A stretch of DNA of 64,000 nt from positions 64,228 to 128,227 of the IMG/VR virus record IMGVR_UViG_3300042322_000140. One strand, written 5' to 3'. The stretch's first letter is position 1. Each line of letters begins with the position of its first letter. The DNA comes from a virus. Lineage: Duplodnaviria > Heunggongvirae > Uroviricota > Caudoviricetes. Positions 58,095-64,000 of this stretch are shown here, piece after piece. Under the pieces are notes generated by a model, which saw only the letters and a program-made list of their open reading frames with translations, was not told the DNA's origin and did no database searches. The translations under genes and the position numbers were made by a program.

Positions 58095-58264
58095 AATTAA
58101 ATAAGATTTAATTAGGTTTATTAAGAAATACTTTGTACCTTTGCACAATGATAAAAACTGTAAGAAGATTGGTGTATATTATGATGTTAATTACCCCTTA
58201 TTTATTGATAATAGCCGCTGAGCTTTATCTATTGTTGTTAGTAATAAGTAAACTATTTTAGTAA

Positions 58265-58852
58265 ATGTATATAAACTTTGAAATCGCAAAGAAGAGAGGA
58301 TTGTCTCCCACAGATGTTGTAAATCTACAGCTTATCTCACAAAACAAATTAGAGAGTTTGTGGGAGATTATTACAGAAACTATAACTCTAGGTACTTTAG
58401 ATAGATACCAAACTTTAGAGTACATTACCTTAGTAAAAGCAAAGAACAAAAGTGATACTATTCAGAATCGTGTTAGGCTTACACCTAAAGGCAATGAGTT
58501 ACTAGAAGAGCTGCAAGTCCCTATGATAGATGAAGACGACTTAAAGTTATATGACTGGTTAGAGTCTGTATATAAGGCAGAGAATAAAGAAATAGGTAAT
58601 AGAAAAAAGACAAAGTTGTTTATAGCTCTATTTAGAGTTAACTCTGGTATTGATAGAAATAAACTAGCTTACTTATGTAAAGTGTTTATGAATGATGCTA
58701 GTCAGTTTGAGTGGTCTAAAGTTTTAGAATACCTTTTCTTTAAGCCGGCCAATCTTTATAGTACCAAGTTCGATATTGAGCAATCAAGATTGTATAGATA
58801 CTACTTGAAGTATCAAGATATGTTTGATAATAAATTTAAAACCTTAGAATAA
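58265..58852 (+). CDS. hypothetical protein (helicase-associated by position)
   Basis: 195 aa, immediately upstream of the DnaB-like gene. Confidence 0.45.
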   Translation: MYINFEIAKKRGLSPTDVVNLQLISQNKLESLWEIITETITLGTLDRYQTLEYITLVKAKNKSDTIQNRVRLTPKGNELLEELQVPMIDEDDLKLYDWLESVYKAENKEIGNRKKTKLFIALFRVNSGIDRNKLAYLCKVFMNDASQFEWSKVLEYLFFKPANLYSTKFDIEQSRLYRYYLKYQDMFDNKFKTLE

Positions 58853-58853
58853 A

Positions 58854-59999
58854 ATGCAAATACAAAAATTTAGAGACCTTACTAAAAAAGCTTTCCAAGA
58901 GATTAAGCAGTACCAAATTGGTAACAAAGGTATTATAAAAACAGGACTTCCTTATTTTGATGATGTCTTTCCTGTAGTTAATGGCTCAGTAATTGTATTT
59001 TCAGCAGGTTCCGGTATTGGTAAAAGTTACACATTGGCCAAAATGGTTGATAATATCTTAAGTAAAGAGTTAAACCCTACAGCTGATAACTTTGTAGTAC
59101 TTAATATATCTTTAGAGATGAGAGTTCTTAGTTTAGTCCTTCGTGGTATGGCTAAGAATATAAAGTCTAAATCTAAAAAAGAAATCTTATTACAAGAGTT
59201 TACAGAAGAAGAGAAGTTACAAGCTAAATCTTACTTTGAATCTTTACAAGATGATAGAGTTAGTATCTCACAAGTTCCGACTACACCAAATAAGTTTTAT
59301 GAAGGTTGTAAAGAGTTCTTAGAGATGAACAAAGATAAAGATTCAGTTATTATTACTGTCGATCACTTAGCATTGATTTCTGGAGATTCTGGAGAAGGTA
59401 GAAATACTATTATTGAAAAGTTTATAGAAAGGGTTAATGATTTAAAGATGGAGTACGAAAATGTTATTTTTATACTGTTGTCTCAAACAAACTCAGAGAT
59501 GATTAAAAGAGCTAAAGATAAAGATATTATGGCTCAACCTCAACCCTCAGATTTGTACTACTCTCAGTTTACTTTCCAAGTTGCAGACTTTGTAGCCGTA
59601 ATGACTAACCCAACCAGGCTTGGTATCAAAGAATACAGCAAGATTGATCCGGATAGGTATCCAAATTTAGAGAAGTTCTTCTTGGAAGAGGATCTAAAAG
59701 GTAGAGTTTCTTTAGAGCCATTTGGTGTAAATTATGTGCACTTACTAAAATGTAGAGAGGCCGATGGTTTATACTTAGATATTTATGCTGAAGAATTACC
59801 TATTCCTGATGTGGAGAATATCAGAAAGAGTAGAAAGAAAGAATCTATTTCAGTAAGTAATCTTAGTGCACCGGTCTTTGGTAAAACAGAAACTATAGCT
59901 GTTGATGCACCCCCACCACCTCCACCATTAGGTAAAATAGAGGATGCATTTGACCCTATAGTTTTAGCAGATGAAGAAGACGATGATGCACCATTTTAA
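58854..59999 (+). CDS. DnaB-family replicative helicase ATPase domain protein with SSB-type C-terminal tail (…EEDDDAPF)
   Basis: H1 SAGSGIGKSYT. H1a NISLEM. H2 VIITVDHLALIS. H3 ILLSQTNSEM. Pro-rich linker, then DEEDDDAPF at the C-terminus. Confidence 0.7.
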   Translation: MQIQKFRDLTKKAFQEIKQYQIGNKGIIKTGLPYFDDVFPVVNGSVIVFSAGSGIGKSYTLAKMVDNILSKELNPTADNFVVLNISLEMRVLSLVLRGMAKNIKSKSKKEILLQEFTEEEKLQAKSYFESLQDDRVSISQVPTTPNKFYEGCKEFLEMNKDKDSVIITVDHLALISGDSGEGRNTIIEKFIERVNDLKMEYENVIFILLSQTNSEMIKRAKDKDIMAQPQPSDLYYSQFTFQVADFVAVMTNPTRLGIKEYSKIDPDRYPNLEKFFLEEDLKGRVSLEPFGVNYVHLLKCREADGLYLDIYAEELPIPDVENIRKSRKKESISVSNLSAPVFGKTETIAVDAPPPPPPLGKIEDAFDPIVLADEEDDDAPF

Positions 60000-60119
60000 T
60001 TAGAACAATCCTGACTATTTATTTAGTTGGGATTTTTTTTTGAAAATAATTTGCAAAAAGCTTGCAGGAATAAAATCTTGTTCGTATCTTTGCATAGAAT
60101 TTAAAAACAAATAGAAATT

Positions 60120-60701
60120 ATGATTAAAAAAATGTTATTAGGATTGACTATTTTAGTTAGTGTAGGGATGTCAAAATCACCACAAAATATGACTATAGTT
60201 ATACAACCTTTCGAAGGTATGCCTAAAGAAGAAGTAGAGTATGTAACAAGGGAAGTTAAAAAGATATACCCCTATGTAACAGTTATGAAAGAAACCCCCT
60301 TACAGAAAAAGTTTATGAACTCTACCAAAACTAGGTATAGAGCAGACCTTTTGATAAAGGATCTTAACTTAAAGGCTAAAGAGGGTACTTGTGTTATAGG
60401 GTTAACAAACAAAGATATAAGCACCACTAAAGGTAAATACGCAGATTGGGGTGTTATGGGACTAGGTTATTGCCCAGGAAATGCTTGTGTAATATCGAAT
60501 TACCGAGTCAAGGGCACAGATAGACTAGATAAACTGTATAAACTATCAATACACGAATTAGGGCATACACAAGGACTACCGCACTGCCCATCAAAAGGTT
60601 GCATAATGCAAGATGCTAAGGGTAAAGATAATTTTAGTAAAGAATACGGATTTTGTAAAAAGTGCACTAAACATTTAAGAAATAGAAATTGGAAAATATG
60701 A
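60120..60701 (+). CDS. secreted archaemetzincin-like zinc metalloprotease
   Basis: Signal peptide MIKKMLLGLTILVSVGMS. HELGHTQGLPHC-PSKG-C-I-M fits the archaemetzincin HExxHxxGxxHCx4CxM signature. A second CKKC pair follows. Confidence 0.6.
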   Translation: MIKKMLLGLTILVSVGMSKSPQNMTIVIQPFEGMPKEEVEYVTREVKKIYPYVTVMKETPLQKKFMNSTKTRYRADLLIKDLNLKAKEGTCVIGLTNKDISTTKGKYADWGVMGLGYCPGNACVISNYRVKGTDRLDKLYKLSIHELGHTQGLPHCPSKGCIMQDAKGKDNFSKEYGFCKKCTKHLRNRNWKI

Positions 60702-60970
60702 GACATGAATGCAGAGTTATCCCAAAAGAAGAAATAATGGCAAACAGATGTAGTGCTTATGAGTTTATAGATTTTGATAATCTTGGACCAGAGACAGAGG
60801 TAAAAAGCGTATTCAACTATTTTAGAAAAGACTTTACAGAAATGTACCCTACAGAGGGTGCCGAAAAAACATTAGTTAGACCTACAGATGTGTATTGTAG
60901 ACTAACTCTAGCTTTAAATAAAAAGCTTGGTATACACAAAATTAATAAATCCTGGAAAAATAAAAAGTGA
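60689..60970 (+). CDS. hypothetical protein
   Basis: 93 aa. Confidence 0.4.
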   Translation: MENMRHECRVIPKEEIMANRCSAYEFIDFDNLGPETEVKSVFNYFRKDFTEMYPTEGAEKTLVRPTDVYCRLTLALNKKLGIHKINKSWKNKK

Positions 60971-61338
60971 TGCAGTACAAAGATATAAACGAAGAAGTAG
61001 AGAACTGGAAAAACTCTTGGCAACAAAACCACTACATGGCTAAACTGACAGAAAAGCAAAGGGAAAAAGATTTCAGAGAAGGTTACATGAGAGGTTTTGA
61101 AATAGCTACAAAAATATCGGAAAAGAAAAACCTAGATATGATATTGAAAAGCATAGACACAGGTTTGCTAAATGAAATGGTTGCCTACGCAGAGAAAGAT
61201 AAAGCAGAAGTAACACGAGTAGAGGTTATACAACACTCAGAGCCACACAATGGAAGAGCTTATACTAACTATAATGCTAAAGATGTTGAGGTACAATACC
61301 AAGATGGTGGTAAAACATTAAAAATATTTTGTAAGTAA
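60967..61338 (+). CDS. hypothetical protein
   Basis: 123 aa. Confidence 0.45.
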   Translation: MMQYKDINEEVENWKNSWQQNHYMAKLTEKQREKDFREGYMRGFEIATKISEKKNLDMILKSIDTGLLNEMVAYAEKDKAEVTRVEVIQHSEPHNGRAYTNYNAKDVEVQYQDGGKTLKIFCK

Positions 61339-63281
61339 TGAATTTAGATAAGATATACGTAATAGATGCAGAGTCAGATGGACTTGTAGATCAGTCTACA
61401 AAGATCTGGTGTATGGGTATAAGTTGGATGGACAAGTCTGGAAAGTGGAAAGTAAAATCTACTATTGACTATGATGATATGCGTAACATCTTGACTAACC
61501 CTGACAATACATTAGTTTGTCATAACATAGTTAGATTTGACGTACCTTTATATGAAAAAATACTTGGGATAAAGGTTACAGCAAGTGTTATTGACTCTCT
61601 AGGTTTATCTTGGTACTTATACCCGGAAAGGGGCCAAAGAGACCATGGACTAGCTTCTTGGGGGGAAGAGTTTGGAGTACCAAAACCAAAGATTGATAAC
61701 TGGGAAAATCTTTCTATAGAAGAGTACAGAAATAGGGTAGAAGAGGATGTTAAGATTAACACAAACCTATGGGTAAAACAATACAAGTATTTAAAAAAGA
61801 TATATGATGACCCTAGAGATATAGTAAGAATCATAAGCTACTTGAACTTTAAACTAACTTGTCTAAAGATTCAAGAAGAAGATAAAATTCTGATTGATGT
61901 AGAACAATGTCAAAAAAACTTAGATTACTTACAAGGTATCGAGAATGAAAAGAAAGTATTACTAGAGGCTGCTATGCCAAAGTTACCAATAATAAAAACT
62001 TTGACTAAGCCAAAAGTTATGTATAAAAAAGACGGTAGTTTGAGTGTAGCTGGTAATAGATGGTTAGAGTTACTAGAGCATAATGGAGTAAGAGAAGACT
62101 TTGAAGGAGAATTAAACGTTACTACTGGTTACGATGAGCCAAATGCCGGAAGTCCTACCCAAGTAAAAGACTGGTTGATGAAACTTGGTTGGAAGCCTTT
62201 ACTGTTTGAAGAAGGTCGTAATGGTAAGGTGCCGCAAGTTCGTGATAAAGAAAAGATGTTGTGTAAGAGTGTACTGGCTCTTAGAGATAAGGAGCCGGCT
62301 ATCGAACACTTAGATGGTTTATCTGTAGTTACTCACAGAGCAGGTTATTTGAAAGGTTTCTTAGAACGTGCTGATGAGAATGGTTATGCTGTGGCTTATG
62401 CACATGGGTTTACAAAAACTTTAAGATTAAAACATGCAAAGCCATTTGTGAACTTACCTAAACCGACAGCCCCATATGGAGAGTACATCAGAAGTGTTAT
62501 AATAGCACCTAAAGGCAGTATCTTGATTGGTTCCGATGTTAGTAGTTTGGAGGATAAAATGAAACAAATCTCTATCTACCCTTATGATCCTGGGTATGTT
62601 GAAGATATGAACAGACCGGGTTGGGATGCTCACCTAGATCTAGGTGTTAGAAGTGGTATTATATCACAAGAAGAGTCTGACTTTTTTAGATGGTATAAAA
62701 CTAAAGATAAAAAGAGAGAAGATTTACCTGAAATATTTAAAGTCTATAAAGACGAAGAATTATCTGAGCAATTTGAAAAGGTGAGTAAGAAAAGAGCAAC
62801 TTCTAAAACTGGTAACTATGCTTTGACATATGGTTGTGGTGTACCTAAATTAAAAGAGTCAACAGGTCTTACAACAAAAGATGCTAAGACTTTGTTTGAT
62901 GGATATTGGGGCCGTAATTGGTCTGTTAAGAAGTATGCTGAGGATAGAGCAGTTAGGTTAGTAGATGGTAAGTCTTGGATTTGGAACCCTATAACCAACT
63001 TTTACTACTTTTTGGCATCTGAGAAAGATAGATTTTCTGCTTGTAATCAGTCTGCCGGTGTTAGGGTGTTTGATGGTTATGTTTATGAGATGATTAAACG
63101 TGGTGTTAGACCTATTTTTCAGGCTCATGATGAGGTTTTATTAAGAGTTAAAAATGAAGATGTGGATTCTACAATAGCGGCTCTTAAATCTTCTATAAAT
63201 AAGGTAAATAAACAATACAATTTCCCAGTTGAAATTGAGATTGATATTCAAACAGGAGAGTCTTATGCAGCAGTGCATTAA
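61338..63281 (+). CDS. polA: family A DNA polymerase (T7-like; 3'-5' exo plus polymerase, no 5'-3' exo)
   Basis: Exo I IDAESDGL. Motif A DVSSLEDK. Motif B RATSKTGNYALTYGCG. Motif C QAHDEVLL. Confidence 0.8.
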   Translation: MNLDKIYVIDAESDGLVDQSTKIWCMGISWMDKSGKWKVKSTIDYDDMRNILTNPDNTLVCHNIVRFDVPLYEKILGIKVTASVIDSLGLSWYLYPERGQRDHGLASWGEEFGVPKPKIDNWENLSIEEYRNRVEEDVKINTNLWVKQYKYLKKIYDDPRDIVRIISYLNFKLTCLKIQEEDKILIDVEQCQKNLDYLQGIENEKKVLLEAAMPKLPIIKTLTKPKVMYKKDGSLSVAGNRWLELLEHNGVREDFEGELNVTTGYDEPNAGSPTQVKDWLMKLGWKPLLFEEGRNGKVPQVRDKEKMLCKSVLALRDKEPAIEHLDGLSVVTHRAGYLKGFLERADENGYAVAYAHGFTKTLRLKHAKPFVNLPKPTAPYGEYIRSVIIAPKGSILIGSDVSSLEDKMKQISIYPYDPGYVEDMNRPGWDAHLDLGVRSGIISQEESDFFRWYKTKDKKREDLPEIFKVYKDEELSEQFEKVSKKRATSKTGNYALTYGCGVPKLKESTGLTTKDAKTLFDGYWGRNWSVKKYAEDRAVRLVDGKSWIWNPITNFYYFLASEKDRFSACNQSAGVRVFDGYVYEMIKRGVRPIFQAHDEVLLRVKNEDVDSTIAALKSSINKVNKQYNFPVEIEIDIQTGESYAAVH

Positions 63282-63316
63282 AAATAAATCAGAAAAAGCT
63301 TGCGGCATTAAAATTA

Positions 63317-63580
63317 ATGTTATATCTTTGCAAAATAAAATTAGAAAACATGAGAACAGAAGAAATTAATTATTTTGGTGTAGAGATGACAGTAGAGGGT
63401 AATTACCATGCTGGAGAGTCTCAAGTAATGTATGACTCAGATATGGGTGGTCACCCTGGTAGTGGTCCTGAATTTGAATTGTATGATGTATTTGTTGGAG
63501 GTATTTCAATACTAAACTTATTATCGTATGAGCAATTAGCAGAAATTGAGTCTGAAGTAATAGAAAAAATAGAGGGATAA
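63317..63580 (+). CDS. hypothetical protein
   Basis: 87 aa after the promoter TAtcTTTGcaaaataaa. Confidence 0.4.
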   Translation: MLYLCKIKLENMRTEEINYFGVEMTVEGNYHAGESQVMYDSDMGGHPGSGPEFELYDVFVGGISILNLLSYEQLAEIESEVIEKIEG

Positions 63581-63882
63581 TGGTAGCTATAACAAAAGAA
63601 CAACAGATAATTTGGGATATTTATAGAGACCTATATAAAGCATCTACCCCAAAAGCTAACTTTGATACGTTAGTAGAAGAGGCTCCTACAAATAGCAGAG
63701 GTCAAAAAGATATTGGTTTTATGAACTATGAGATACCTGAGTCTTTGTTTAATGAGATATTAGACAAACATCTGAAGGGCCGTAGAATAACTAAAATAAA
63801 ACAGCGTATGTTTCGTACTACAATATTGATGGGTTGCAGCCCTAAATTTAGTAAGAATGAGCCACAAATAGAAAAAAAATGA
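63580..63882 (+). CDS. hypothetical protein
   Basis: 100 aa. Confidence 0.4.
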   Translation: MVAITKEQQIIWDIYRDLYKASTPKANFDTLVEEAPTNSRGQKDIGFMNYEIPESLFNEILDKHLKGRRITKIKQRMFRTTILMGCSPKFSKNEPQIEKK

Positions 63883-64000
63883 GCTACAAATTAGTAATAA
63901 AATCAGACGGATTGGTTAAAGAGTCTAGAGATGTTATATGGATTGAGTTCCATATAAATGGTACATTTAAAGAATCATTTGATGGACCAGTAGTTGGTAG

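Overview
This window is a 64-kb segment of an AT-rich tailed dsDNA phage whose host is almost certainly a Bacteroidota (Flavobacteriia-like) bacterium. Nearly every operon is preceded by the Bacteroidetes-type promoter (-33 TTTG, then about 19-21 nt, then -7 TAnnTTTG, often 'tatctttgcaaaaaa').

Layout:
- 1-12.9 kb, minus strand: a head/packaging operon, in the order large terminase (very long, Walker A GTRRFGKS), a 925-aa portal-like protein, an acidic scaffold-like protein, a putative major capsid protein, and small proteins.
- 12.9-13.5 kb: a divergent, ORF-free control region.
- 13.5-24.4 kb, plus strand: a DNA-metabolism and chaperone block. It holds an SF2 DEAD/DEAH helicase, a bacterial-type RecA, a GIY-YIG endonuclease, an SSB-like protein ending in DDDDLPF, a GroEL homologue followed by a GroES-like co-chaperonin, a WCGPC thioredoxin, and two ORF-free structured RNA-like segments.
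- 24.4-25.5 kb: a 1.1-kb non-coding boundary with tandem terminators and a periodic ATCAATTTT repeat.
- 25.5-44 kb: about 60 small, mostly acidic early ORFs. They are driven by a nearly invariant promoter, AAAAAGTTTGGTAG...TAnnTTTG, and many begin at a conserved start-context motif, TTAAAyTAACTAATATG.
- 44-64 kb: replication and nucleotide metabolism. It holds a DEDD exonuclease, a PD-(D/E)xK nuclease, NrdB-NrdA, a dNMP kinase, a HAD hydrolase, a MazG-like pyrophosphatase, a metallophosphoesterase, a DnaB-family helicase ending in DDDAPF, a family-A DNA polymerase, lysis-like genes (a TM-anchored GH73 glucosaminidase and lipoproteins), and a secreted archaemetzincin-like protease.

The most unusual element is an ORF-poor island at 47.65-49.24 kb. 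It contains a bona fide tRNA-Met(CAU) and, next to it, what looks like a circularly permuted (two-piece) tmRNA-like gene. In that gene the 3' tRNA-like half (GGAC + T-arm + CACCTCC-A) lies upstream of the 5' half (GGGGGTG-A-CUGGUUUUGAC), and a tag-like reading frame ends AA-stop followed by a hairpin.

All calls are made by eye from motifs. No database search was possible.
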